Source of the DNA: Calcarisporiella thermophila CBS 279.70
Lineage: Eukaryota; Fungi; Calcarisporiellomycota
Assembly (NCBI RefSeq): GCF_041956535.1
Contig: NW_027192194.1
Span: 794,802-858,801, forward strand
Length of the DNA stretch: 64,000 nt
Reading direction: 5' to 3'
In this document: positions 1 to 12,991 of the stretch, in pieces
Position numbering within the stretch: position 1 is the stretch's first letter
Layout: each line of letters opens with the position of its first letter
The notes under the pieces: generated by a model
Databases searched by the model: none
Seen by the model: only the letters and a program-made list of their open reading frames with translations
Told to the model about the DNA's origin: nothing
Position numbers and translations under genes: made by a program

Positions 1-408
1 AAGGTGGTGACGTGGGATGTGGACTCGAAGGATTATGAGGTCAACAACCTCGAGAAGGAACAAGCGAATTATCAGAAGGACTTGAATGGTGCAGACCCCA
101 AGACCACCGGCCATATGTAAGTTTTATTGGTTGGTTCCGGCGGGCCGGCGTCATATTGCAGCACGTACTGACCATACAATGTTTCCTTCACCTTATAGCT
201 CCCTACAACACGATGTCTACAACATCACAGCAGGACAACTTGCTCCCTGGGCATTTGACTTCGTACAAAAGCAGGGCTATAAGGTATGATAGAAATGTAA
301 GAATCGCTTATAGAATAGGCTCGCTCACATTGTGTCTCTCTGCTATAGGCGGTCACCGTTGCTGAATGCCTGAACGATAGCGATCCAAAAAATTGGTATC
401 GCGCCTAA
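1..408 (+). CDS. Polysaccharide (chitin) deacetylase, CE4 family, 3' part only
   Basis: Exons 1-116, 199-283, 349-408 splice to KVVTWDVDSKDY...GHISLQHD...VQKQGYKAVTVAECLND; NodB motifs 4/5. Confidence 0.9.
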
Positions 409-828
409 AATTCTGTGCATGACAGCCGTTAACTTTTTCTCAATTTTTCGAATGCTCTCCTGGTCGAGGCCAAATCTATCATCACTCAGCAATTCCTTAT
501 CTAATCCTCTCCTTCAGCTTAGAGTTTTTTTTTCTTCTCCTGTTACCATATTTTAGTAATTCCACCCATGTGTAGACGCCATATTTAATTATATAGTGAA
601 TTTAATAATACCACACATATGGATTGAATGAAGTTTTTTTCACATGTGTCTGCGCCACATGTTCTATCCTCACGTAGAATTTTCAAAGAGGTAGAAAACG
701 ACTTGAAGCACGATTAGTATCAGTCAACTTCATTCTTTTCTTTCCCCCCTCTATATTTATTTTTCTCATCAAGCTGCGGTCAAGGCCTGCCTAATTCTCT
801 ATTTGGATAAAATTGTCTGGGTTGAAAG

Positions 829-2386
829 ATGTCTGCTGATGATAATTCCGATCAGAATGCATCTGAATTGCCACCTGCTGTGTCAGAAGATAACAGCACG
901 CTCTCCTCCGCTCCTAGCGACGATAACTCAGCGCCTACACCATTATCGGAGACGAGAACTACTGATCCCGTGAGAGACCTATTAGGTGAACGCATGACTC
1001 CCGAGGAAAGAAAAAAAAAGCGTGATCAGCTTCTTAAAATGCAACAAAAGGCACGCGAGCGGCAGTCTTTATCCAACTCGACTGCCCCCGACTCTGCGCC
1101 CAGTACGGTTTCAAATATGGCGGCTGCTAATAATGCATCACCACCCCCTACAGTGGCATCATCACCAGAAGTATCTGCAAATGGGAATGGAGGGGCCATT
1201 CGTGAGGATATGGTTCAACGCGCTGTGCAATTTTTAACCTCGCCCAATGTTCGTTCGGCGCCCCGTGTACGGAAAGTGACATTCTTGGAAAAGAAGGGCT
1301 TAACACCCCGAGAGATCGAGGTTGCTTTTGAGCGGATCGGACCAGAGACCGATGAGAAATCGACTACTGAGGTAATTTCTCAATCCCGCATGACGAGTCC
1401 ACCTGACATTCACTCGGTCCTTTGCGAAATATTTACTATATTTCTATATTTCATAGGGCGCAGAGGGAGAAGCGTTGCTGTCCTCAACAACAAACACAAA
1501 AGAGGTAAGCCCAGCCCCCGCGCCAGCTCCTCCGCCTCTCCCAGCCAAGACCTATGTTTCCGCCCCATCCCAAGCTTATCTCTACCCTGGTAATGCGATG
1601 CCACCACAAGGATACCACTACCCATACGCAACACAACAGCAGATGATCCAGCCGGTAAGCCCGTGGAAAGGAGTCGTTTTAACTCTGCTATTGACGGGAG
1701 CGCTTGCCGCGGGCGTACTGAGTTTGATCAAGGTAAAAATGAGCACCGATTTTTTTGGTGGATATCATGAAAAGATAGATAACTGAGCTCGGTCGCGTTA
1801 ACAGAGGCTGGCATTACCCTATCTTCACTCCATCATCAAGTTCCGCTCGTCACTCTTTCAACATCAGAATTCACTATTGGCTGCCTTGAGCGCCAAACTT
1901 AAATCCATGGCCTTCTCCCCGTCTTCCAGGGATCCATCGGAACAGCCTTCTGCCTCCTCCACTGACAACGTCGTCCCAGCTGTCGCCGCAGATAACTCAG
2001 CCCTTACACTGGGTCCCACTCTCGAACGCCTGCAAAAGCTCCAAGCATCCCTCATCTCCTACCGTCTCCAGGCCACCGCCAGCGAAGAAACTCGCACTTC
2101 GCTCTTGACCTCGCTTGGCGAGGTCATCGACACCGTCGCCAAAGAAGCCTACTCTCACGCTAGCGGGTACAACAGCGGCTCCTGGCGGTTTGCGGGGGAG
2201 AACAACGCCGTCGCGCAGGTGAAGAGCGAAATCCGAAGCTTGAAGGGAGTGCTCCTGAATCGCCGAAATTTCCCGACGGTGCCCACCGTGGCATCATCAC
2301 TGTCGAGTGGTGTCAACCGGGCAGCGGCCGAGGATAAGTCGAAGCCAGTCGGGGCTAACCCAGCGACAGGGGCCGATCAACAGTGA
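829..2386 (+). CDS. PEX14: Peroxisomal membrane docking protein Pex14 (spliced)
   Basis: IREDMVQRAVQFLTSPNVRSAP...FLEKKGLTPREI Pex14_N domain, TM segment, C-terminal VKSEIRSLKGVLLNRRNFP. Confidence 0.92.
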
Positions 2387-2801
2387 CCCTGTTGATGGCG
2401 TGTTTATTAGCGGGGGAACGGAGATCCCCTCTATTCTATGGATGGGACGCTTCTCCATTTTGTATATCTTATTTGCTTAGAATGAGGATGAGGACTTTAT
2501 AATAATAATACATACATCAAAGAACAAAGCCGAGAAAAAACCGAAAAACAGGAGGAAAAAAAAACCTAAAGCAACCAGAAAGAAACCCATTTAAACAAGG
2601 AAAGGGAAATAAAAAAACCAGTAGAGATGAAGAGTGAAATAGCAGAAATGATAATAAAATAGAGAGGAATAGCACCATGGAGAGGAATAAATATGCGTGA
2701 CGGAGGCAAGGAAAACATGAGAATGGGGAGGGGAAGGGTTGTGAAGCCTAATATGCATATCAGGCTCGATGCGCGCTCTTTTTGATAGGTGACTTTTTGC
2801 C

Positions 2802-4591
2802 CTAAAAGTCTATAAATAATTCCTGGTAGCTCTTCTCGCCCACAGCCAAACTGCCTCCATAAGTGCCCTCCGCCTCTTCCGGGTAAGCGTCGAAGCAGCT
2901 GGCATCCGAATCGGCACTCACGCGTGGGATATAGGGCGGAGTCACCTCTTTCCTCACAAGCTTACCCCAGTCCACCGACTCAAACCACTTGTGTCTCTTC
3001 ACATCCTCACACCCGCCTTTCAAGTTCCCGAGCCGCTTACTTAGGTCCTTGGCGAGAAGCCGCTTTATCAAATCTTTTGCGGCGCCGTCAAAGTGGCTGG
3101 GGAAGCGGGGTCTTTTCGCGGCCACAATTTTCTCGTACAACCGCATCGGATCTGGATCGTGGTAGGGGGGGTGCCCTGCCAGCATTTCAAAGATGAGGAC
3201 ACCGAGCGCGTAAAAGTCGGCAGCCTTGCCGTAGCCTTTGGTCGTGATAATCTCGGGCGCGAGATATTCTATTTAGGCGGGGGAAGCGGAGAGGAGCGGA
3301 GGATGTTAGCTAGGGAGGGAAATCGGAATAAACTTTAGCAAAACCTAAAGCGGTTACCTGGAGTCCCACAGAGTGTGTAGGTGACATTATCGGGGGAATG
3401 TTTGGCAAAACCAAAGTCGGTAATACGTAAATGGCCATTTCGGTCCAATAGAAGGTTCTCGGGTTTCCTAATGCCACGGGGACGCAAAGAAACAAGAACC
3501 AAAGTTAGAACGGGGGTCGTGCAGAGGGAAGCGTTGTGAGAAGGGGTGATTACAAGTCTCGGTAGAGGACATCCATCGAATGCAGATATTCTATTGCAAG
3601 CAGGACCTCGGAGGCATAGAACCTGGCAATGTCGTTGGGGAATCGCTACGGGCACAGCAAAAGCAAGGCTTGAGTCAGCCGGTGCCCACATCTCATAAAC
3701 CTTAAAGTGTAAAGATTCACCAACCTGCGATCTCCGCAGCACGCTGAATAGCTCCCCACCCGGCACGAAGTCCATCACCATGAACAGATGGGTAGCATCC
3801 TGAAAGGTGCCCCACAAATTGACGATAAAAGGATGGTTGATTCGTTCAAGGATTCGCTTCTCGTCGTTGGTGTGCTGAACCTGCTTGAAACGCACAATAT
3901 CCCTTTTCCGCAGGGTTTTAATGGCGTAGAATTTTTTACTATGGTTCGATTGGGACCTAGAGGGGAGAGGAGAAAAAAATATGAATAAGCACGGTTAGGA
4001 GGTAATATCTCCACGGCTTACAAATGAACCCTGCCGAATGACCCCGTCCCAAGGGTGCGTATTAGCGTGAAATCCTGCAGCGCCATTTTGCCCAACAATT
4101 GAGGTTTAGGTGGGATTTGTGCGAAGAAATCCTGCGATTTGGATCGTGTTTCTAAGGAGCCAGGCGAAGCGCCTGTAGCTTGAGGAGATGAAATGAGGAT
4201 CAAAAAGAGGGGACAAGAAGCTCGTGATATCGAAAAACTTACTGCTCTTCTCATTATTAATCTTTGCCGCGTCCATCGAAGTATCATTCGAGCACTTGTC
4301 GCTGGTGTAGCCACTATCTCGTGGGGCCTGAATCTGCTGCTGCATTTCGCATTGTTTCTGTTGTTCTTGCGCGTAGCTCTTCTCCCATTTTTGTGCCGAT
4401 GCGGGGGAATAGAGCGGGTGATCACTGAGGGGTGGCTGGGGCAGTTGGCTGGCTTGGGACTCGACGGGAGGAGTGGGGGTATTAAGGCGAGAGACGTCAT
4501 GACTGGATGGCCCGTTGGATCTGCTAAGCGATTTTTGGCGATGTGAGCCGCCATTCTTAATGACTGAGGTCAGCTTTTGAAGAAACGCCAT
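2802..4591 (-). CDS. PKA-C: cAMP-dependent protein kinase catalytic subunit (spliced)
   Basis: [69 protein letters not shown], terminal FIDF. Confidence 0.96.
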
Positions 4592-5429
4592 TATTGATGA
4601 GAGGGGGGAGGAGGGCGAGGGGAGGAGAGCCAGACTTTCTCGAGGGTGTTGAGGAGAATGCTCAGATGAATGGAAAAAAAAAAAGAAAATGGAGCGATGT
4701 CGGTATTACATGTATCTGGAGAGAAAACGGTTAAGTGTTGACAAAAGCTAAAAAAAAAAAGCTAATGGGGATTGGGAAGTGTAGAAGAGCAGAATTAAGA
4801 ATGGGCGGGTTAGACAAATGACATTGGTGGCAAAATGATACCACGCCCCTCAGGATTCATTTGATAGGTGACCGCCATTCCACCGGTTTAAGGCCCACCT
4901 GCTTAATTGCTTGTGGGCTCCTCGATCATGCACACATGGAGACAAAACAAGCACGTTATCACAAAGCAGGACTCGAATTCGCTATTGCTGCAGCCACACA
5001 GGGGAGCTGCGCAACAGAAGGGGCCTCGAGCCCTCCCCTGCTGAGTGGGCGGATCCGATGACGATAACGAGCTCGCTGGCGTCATGCCCCGTTCCGCGCC
5101 AGCTTGCGAGCATTTGCGTTTGCCACCCGAACAGCAGGGGCTCTAGCTGTTAGCCCGAGATCCGGAACACGGGGCTAATGAGTATTTTCAGTTTGGGCAG
5201 TGGAAAAGAAACGACTTTTAGACAAATAGGGATAAATAGTGTATATAGAATGGCGTGGGCATTACAAGCGATAAGTAGGCCGGGATAAGATTAACAATGG
5301 TATTTTACAATAAACAAAGGGGAAACACACACTTCTCGCTCCTTCTGTTTCAATAAATATCACTTTGTAGAGGTCCGGGGAAAACGTATCTGCTCTTGGC
5401 TCTAGGGAGGGGAGGGGGGAGGAGCCAGG

Positions 5430-6956
5430 CTAGTTGGCAGGCTTCTGGCCGTAGGCAAACACCCACTTGCCGTGTCCATTGGGATAATCTTCGCTCAAGA
5501 GCTCCTGCTGGGCCTTGCTGAAGAGATCCTCGAATTCTTCATCGGACACCTGCATTACCTTGAGCAACGAGGGTTTGGCGGCTCGGATCAACAGGAGGAC
5601 GTCTTCCGCGCCCGCAGCGCCAAGTTCAGAAGTGGCTCCGCAAGGGCCGATGCGTTTATTTTCAGCAATGTGGATCAGGCCCAATGACTTGAGATTTGGG
5701 CCGAGATTGTCAAGAATGCTCGTATCGATGTTTTTCGACTCCATGACCTTATAGACTATCCGCAGAAGTACGAAAGGTTAGAGGGGGGGGGGGGAGGGAC
5801 AAAGACTTTCTGGGGTGCCATAGGCGGGGACGCTTACACTGCTTCAGCAAATGAGTCGAGTTGGGGCCACACTCAAACAGGTCAAACATCGGCTCGGCCA
5901 ACTATAAAGGGAGCTCGGTTAGTCGGCAGTATGGGGAAGGGGCAAGTCCGCACAGCCTGATGCTCACCTCAATAAAACCACCCGGTTTCAACACGCGGAA
6001 CAATTCCTTATATACGTCTTGGGTTTTATCGCTTGGGTATGCAAGAATCGTGGCACGTTGGAATATAAAATCTAGAGTAGTTAGGCATAATTAGAATGGG
6101 GAATCGCTCTAAGAAGCCTCTTTTTGGAGAAGGGCCCAGGCACACGAACCAAAGGTATTGTCCTCGAAGTCGAGGCCATCTAAGATATTGTTTTGAACAA
6201 AAGTACAATTGGGGGGTTTGATGCTATTTGGGAAGATGGGTAACATGTCCACGCCGACGAACTCGCTGTTGGGGTATTCAGATGCCTATAAGAACGGAGG
6301 GTTAGAGTCGATACAGGATCAACCAAAGACTTGGAAAAGGGGCATCCACCTACCATATCCATAGTCCACGCACCAGAGCTGCAGCTGCAGTCATGAATAG
6401 GATACCAAATGAAAACAAGTTTAGTGCTTCAACCGAGGAATGAATTGGATTCAGTCGACTAACCCAACATCCAGCACTTTAATTCCTTCTTGTAATCTCG
6501 CCTTGATGGGGGCCATGAAATTTCCAAACAACTGCTTTAAAATGAAGTGCTGCATGGTCATGCGGTCGCTCTCCTTGCTGTCTAGCGGAAGGGAGTAGGG
6601 GGAGTCTAAACGCCGATGGGAGAGAGAGGAAAAAACAGGGATAAGAAATCAAGACCAGATGGGGACATCGAGAAATGCTTACTCTCGATCTTGTGGTATT
6701 TCCTCCCCTCGATCAGGCTAAAATCCTCATTTTCCTCGTAGGAGATGGTCGAGTTGCTGGTATGATCCATGGTATCTGATGGAGGGTACACTGACTGGCG
6801 CTGCTTACTCTTTTTCCTACTGTTGAGGAGCCGAGAGGGAGAAGCATTACGGCCATCATGGGGTCAGAGCCTTGCAGGAAAGTATACAGCAGGATGCATC
6901 ACTTACACTAGGCGGTATAATCTCTTGAAAACCTTAGAGTAGAGCAGCGCGTACAT
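5430..6956 (-). CDS. Class I SAM-dependent methyltransferase (LaeA-like fungal expanded family, spliced)
   Basis: Spliced exons give EGRKYH...ESDRMTMQHFILK...VLDVGCSSGAWTMDMASEYPNSEFVGVD...FEDNTFDFIFQR...ELFRVLKPGGFIE...AYGQKP; first exon at 6956 inferred. Confidence 0.88.
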
Positions 6957-7987
6957 GTTCCATCAACCTTTTATCTTGTTCTTGAGAAGGAAGATTGTTT
7001 CTAGGTTTTCCATGGTGAGTAGGGGCGGCCCTAGGAAGAAGGTTCATAAAGCTTCTCCGACCGCCCCATTAAGGAAATCCTCTGGGTTTTCTCGAGGCAC
7101 AAAGGCCTATCTCCGCCCCAGCGTCCTAAGCGCAATAAATCAAGATAGACCTCGAACACCGAAGAGCACAGAAGCGGTGGGATGCTCTAGATTTTACAGC
7201 GGCCGTCTCACCTGGGCTATGGCCAAGGTCAGTGTCGGTGAGGAATGGCCCCTTTTGTCCAAAGCCGCGCCTTCATCGGCAATCCCTTTGCCGGCATCCG
7301 TGAGCCGAACCTCATGGATGTCGAGGCAATTCCCCTTCCTCGAGGCAGATGTGGCTCAATCGGGCCTGACCTCACCGCGCAAGGATTGCCCCGTGCATTG
7401 CTCTTCGCCAATGTCTTTCGGAGATCAATCCATCGACCAAGTCTCCCTGTGGTTGGAAAAAAAAAATAGAAATTGGCGAAAGAGAGCGTCGCACTGTCGG
7501 CTTGCCGTCAAACCCCTCAACTTACATCAGGGCTTACGTTGAATTGCGGGGCGATGGCCCGGCGGCCTGCTGCGTGTATTTAAGCCGGCCCGCAAACCCT
7601 ATCCACGCTACAAAGCTTGCTCGACTCGGCGGCCTCCCATATTAGAGAAAACACCCCCCTACCCATCCAGAGGTAGAATGATTTCAGACCACCTCGTGCA
7701 TGATCCAGCTTTCAGAAGTTTCTTATCGCCTTAGCTGAACTGTGCAGAAGAGATTCGCCCCTCGGATTTTCGACCCTTGTTCTCCCTCTCAGGCTAAAAA
7801 ATAAAAAAATCACGCTGCGCGCTTTTCATTCCTAGCATCGCATTGCAATCATCGCAGGAATCCCAAGCAATTTATATTGCCCATCATTCTGCCAAAACCA
7901 AAACCACACTCTAAACGCAGGAAACTTACGGGCGACCCCGCCTCCGCTGCCGCCACTGCGACCACTTCTTTAGACCACGACCAACCG

Positions 7988-9408
7988 ATGTCATTCCCAC
8001 CCCACCTCACCCTTCTAGAACCGCACAAACGCCTACTTGAGGAGCTAGGAGATGAGCTCGCTCGCATCCAGCCAAGTGACGCTTTGCAGTTTTGTTTCAA
8101 CTACTTCAGTCGTCGGTTGGAGGAGGAGAGATCGCGTTTCATGAGTGGTAAGTGCCGTGGCTCTCCGCCTTTTTTTTTCGCTTTGTTTATCCATCCGCAA
8201 CCTAATGGCTGACGGGATTTTTGCCATGACTTAGGGGGTGCACAGGCTCCCAATCAGGCATTCGAATCCTCCATCCCCCCCTTCGCCCCGGGAGATGAGG
8301 CCCAGCTCCAGCAGGACTTCGACGAGCATCTCATCGACAGCGATGAGGATGACGTCGACGAAGAGGAGAGCGAGGATGTTTCCCCACTCCCCGCAGTCGA
8401 TCCCTCGCGTTACAATCCGGCGCGCCGTACAAGTGTCAGCGCCGAATCCATGACCCCTAGCCGTAATCAGCAGGATTACGTGAAGCTGGTCGTGCCCAAA
8501 TCCGAGGAACAGCGCCGCCGGATCGAAGCTTCGATTGGGAACAATTTCTTGTTCAAGAATCTGGACGAGGAGCAGCACCGAGACGTGGTCAACGCCATGA
8601 CAGAAAAGCGCTTCAAGGCGGGCGACGAGGTCATCCGCCAGGGAGCCGTCGGAGACTTTTTCTACATTGTGGAGACGGGGACCCTCGAGGTCTACATCGA
8701 CAAGGGCGCGCCCCAGAAGGTGGCGGAGTATGGGCCGGGCGGCAGCTTTGGGGAGCTCGCACTGATGTACAACGCACCCCGTGCTGCAACCGTGGTCGCC
8801 ACCTCGGACTGTGTCCTCTGGGCCCTGGATCGGGTCACGTTCCGCCGTATCCTCATGGAAAACACGTCCCAGAAGCGCCGCATGTATGAGGCCTTCCTCG
8901 AGGAAGTGCCCCTGCTCGCCTCGTTGCAGCCCTACGAAAGACACAAGATTGCAGACGCATTGGAGAGCGTTTATTTCGACGATGGCCAGCTGGTAATCAA
9001 GCAGGGCGACGTAGGCGACAACTTCTATTTTGTGGAGGCGGGTGAAGGCGTCGTGATCAAGGCCGACGACAAGGGAGTGGAGCACGAGGTGTTGCAGCTG
9101 AAGAAGGGAGACTACTTTGGCGGTAAGCTCAGCCGTTCCTCACCTCTCCCTGCTCGCCCAGTGGGTGGACAACCTTACTAACCCCCTCTCCTTGCCTTTC
9201 CGCCCTAGAATTGGCCTTGCTCAACGACCAGCCCCGTGCGGCAAGCGTCCGCGCTAAAGGCCGGCTAAAGTGCGCAACCCTGGGAAAGAAGGCGTTCACC
9301 CGCCTTCTCGGGCCTCTGCACGAAATCCTCAAGCGCAACAGTGCTCAGTACGTGAGCGTCATTTCCTCGCAGGGCCAAAACTATGGTCAGGATGTGACCA
9401 TGTCCTAG
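7988..9408 (+). CDS. PKA-R: cAMP-dependent protein kinase regulatory subunit (spliced)
   Basis: Dimerisation domain [13 protein letters not shown], inhibitor site RRTSVSAES, two cNMP cassettes [15 protein letters not shown] and [15 protein letters not shown]. Confidence 0.97.
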
Positions 9409-9997
9409 GAGCAACGCTCCAGCGGCGATGTTTCGTTCTGATTCTTCTATTTTTCTTTCTCTCAGTCTTCAGTTGAAGGGAGGTGTGTGTGGCATGAGTA
9501 CACTTTTTTTTCAATAATTTTCCGGATTCTTTTTTTTTTATTTCTTCTGTTTTCTCTTTTTTTCCCCCTTTAATTCTCTCTTGTTTTTCTCTTTGACGAG
9601 CATTTTTTTTCTTTTCTTTTTATTCTGAAAATGCAAAGTTTGAATAAATTTCTATTGGGACAATCTCTTTTTTTCCTCGAGCTCAACAAAACAAAAAAAA
9701 ATGGACAAACCATTTGGAAATAACCCATGAGCCATAGGTAGAGGCATGAACGTGGAATGAGTTTCTTCTAACATTTATTTTGAAGGGGAGCATAAGAAAA
9801 AAAAAATAAGAATCCCACAATATTTGCAAAAAGAAAAGGAAAAAAAAGAACAAGGAATAGCGATATAGAAATGATGGAAAGAAAAGGATGGAAGAAGGAA
9901 AAAAAAAAAGATTGCCTTGCTCTCCCCCACCCTCTGGCCAAAGGGAAATGCCATAAATAAACAAACAGTAACAACACAAAACAAACAAACCGTGAAA

Positions 9998-12991
9998 TCA
10001 TATCTGTCCTTTTATATCTATCTTACAATACTTTTTCTTGGCCTCCTCAATGATCGGCAGGGTTATCTTGGTCAGCAGCATACCGTTGGGTTTGTCCGTA
10101 CACTTACCTGCCCCATGCTCCCCCAGAAACTTCGACAAGGCCTCAAGATCTTCAAACGCAAGCTCGTGCCGAAGAAATTCCAAGCTGATGCTTGGACGGT
10201 ACGCCTTGCAGATGGTGGCCATGGCCTTCACCCGCTCGCGCGCAACAAAATGATCCATCAAATAACCACACATAAACGGGGCGGAGCGATAGAGGAGAAA
10301 GAAGAGGTGGTAGTTCGAGGTGGCAATCGCGGAGCGGACGCGGAGGGCATGGGCGACGGCTCGATCCTGCTTCTGCTCCTCCGTGAGTTCGGCCATGACT
10401 CCATTGACCTCTATCGGGATTGGGAGAAACAAGTGTCAGCAGGCATACAAAGAAAAAAAAGAATCATCCAAAGTGGATCACGAACCGGTTCGGTTCTGCG
10501 TATGTAACAAATACAATATCCTGTAAGCCGTGAACTCCATCACTTTCCCAGGTAACCCAAGCTTGTAAAGCTGGTTAAGCTGCGATTGGCACTGATTGAA
10601 CTCGCCAAGGTCACCCTAACGGTCGGGTCCACATTAGCATTCCGTGGGGGAAAAAAGGTGTGGTGTCACAACTATACCTTTTCCAGCGCAATGCGGGCGT
10701 GGATTTCGTACACTTGAACAGTGAAGTCGTTCTTTATCCGTTGTACCTAGTTGGAATTTTTTTTCAAAAAATACAATTACGTAAAATAGTCATTATCATG
10801 GACTGTTTTCTCCACATCCATTAGTAAAGGTGAACTCACCGTTAGGTCCTGGCGCATCGACTTGAATTGATCGCAGATATAGGTGTAGTTGCTTTCCTTT
10901 TTCCACTTGAATTTCAGAAGCTCGAGGGTCTGTTTCAACACAGGTAGTGGGCGTACCGTCGAAGGGTCTGGGGCGGAAGTTAACCTGAGGTATTGCTTCT
11001 CCAAAGTTTGGCACTGTAGAAAGGGCACAAAGGTGAATTCGAGATCATGGGTCAACCCATTTCCAGCAAAATACTCACCGTTCCCACAATGGTATATTCA
11101 TCCCAATCAATCACATCCTACGTTGAAGAGACAAATCATGAGGCCATCCATCTATTCATGATAACTATCTAGGAGACTCACAGGGTTATAGGTAGGAGGT
11201 TCGGGGGGAGGGGCCGGCGAGGGTTGCTTAGCATTAGATTCGTTAGTTTGAAACCGCTTGAGTCGCTTCTCTCGCTTCCGAAGCTCCTCCTCGGTCTCCT
11301 CGATGGAAAGTAATGGAATGTCAGGGGTGGAGTCGCGAGTTGTACTGAAACAAAAAAAGAAATAAGACACAGACATCTGGTAAGTCGCTATGTTCGTGGA
11401 TCAGCAGTGAAAGATTATTTTACTTCTTCCGTTTGGACGACTTGGTCTTTTCCACATCTGTGCTCGATAGGTCAATGAAGCTAGGAGTGCAAGAAGAGTG
11501 CATAAGAGATCAATCCATAAAGGCCACAAGCCATCAATTAGATTACTCCAAATTCTCCCGTGTTTTATTTTTGAACCTCTCCACACACCTCGGCAGTGGC
11601 ATGTTATCCCAATCTGTCGTGTTAATCCTGCCTCGACGGAATGCATCTGTTACGATTTCTTTGAGTTCCTCCTGCACTTTGTCCTTGTAGCTCTCAGGAA
11701 TGTTCTCAAAAGCCCGATTGATATAATTCCTAGAAACGACCACAGGTGTCAATTATTAACCAACTGGCCAATGGCATATCCTATCATTAAGAGGTTCCTA
11801 CTTCAACGGCACTGGCCAGGATTTTTGGCCAGTCTCTCCCTGCTCGTTAGTTTCAGAAGTTGAAATTTCCTTTGGCCGCGAAGAGGTTGAAGAGGGCGGG
11901 GTCGGCTGAGCAGACTGTGTAGTGGAGGGAGTGTCAGAATCAAATACAATTCTTTTCTCTAGTAATTTTCCCTTTGGTTTGACTGAAATATAAGCGGGGG
12001 CTAATGGTACATATGAAAAAAATAAGAATTCGTTAGGATATAAAGGATGCGGCTGTATTATGCACACAAGGTTCAGCAAACCTTCTTTGACTCCACCCGG
12101 TTTCACGTCAAATCTTCGCTTGCTTTCCACCTTTTTCTCTTTCTCCTTTCCTTCCACACTCGGCGGAACGGGCTGCTTCACAATACTAGCATAAGACCGC
12201 TTTTCGGGTCCTTCCGTGGCCTTTCCACTCTCCGCTGTGTTGGAACCACCACTTGGCCTCATGAGAGGAGGTTGGGAACCGGGAGGAGTGGGATGATAGC
12301 CATTAGCGCCACTAATATATCGATAAATCATTTTAACATTAAAATATAATGATCCATTAAATCTAAAGCATGAAGAAGCCATATATACTTTGCCGTGGCA
12401 GGTGTGCTACCCGGAGGAGCCTTCGATGCCGCATAGCTATAGTCCGGTGTAGTCCCCGGCGCTGCCACTGGTGCTGATGGTGGCGGAGGCGCTGTGGGAG
12501 GTGGTTGCGAGTAATTAGCCGCTTGTCCTGGTGCTGGATTATAAGAATAAGGATATGAATAATAATATCCATACGGATAGCCATAAGTAGACGGGGGAGC
12601 CGCAGCAGTTCCACCCGCCTGTGATACACCTGGTTGGGACGGCGGCGGCGGTGGAGGAGGTTGAGGATAATTAATTGCGCTCGAGGGAGGATTATGGACG
12701 GTAGAGTTGGTGGCAGTATTCACACCAGGAGGAGGAGGGTTTTGCGGAGCAGCAGTCGAGTAATATGCATTATAATTGTACGCATCTGCAGGGTATTGGG
12801 CATAGTACTGAGGATAGGCGGAGTACGGATTCTGCGGTGGTTGACTCTGGGATGCATAAGAGTACGATGACCTAAAGGAAGACACCAAGGATCAGCTTTA
12901 AAGCAGGGATCTAGAAAGAAGAACTCCTGAATGATTACCAGGACGGATTTCCTGATCCGCCTGTTTGGTAGCTGTCTTTCGAGGGATCCAG
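9998..12991 (-). CDS. THP3: SAC3/GANP-domain protein Thp3/LENG8 (spliced; proposed CUG start at 12991)
   Basis: [50 protein letters not shown]...[11 protein letters not shown]-rich N-terminus; start codon is inference. Confidence 0.9.

Noticed and set aside
4845-5050. U3 snoRNA (CAGGATTCATTTGATAGG resembles box A)
   Set aside because: Boxes A', B and C are missing
5160-5185. RNase MRP RNA or HDV-like ribozyme (ACACGGGGCTAAT)
   Set aside because: No GAAAGTCCCC CR-I partner and no P2/P3 elements found
8231-9085. 284-aa antisense ORF
   Set aside because: Shadow of the GC3-rich PKA-R coding exon
9420-9990. Hydrophobic F-rich ORFs and a T-rich/A-rich mirror pattern
   Set aside because: Explained by U-rich 3'UTRs of convergent PKA-R and THP3
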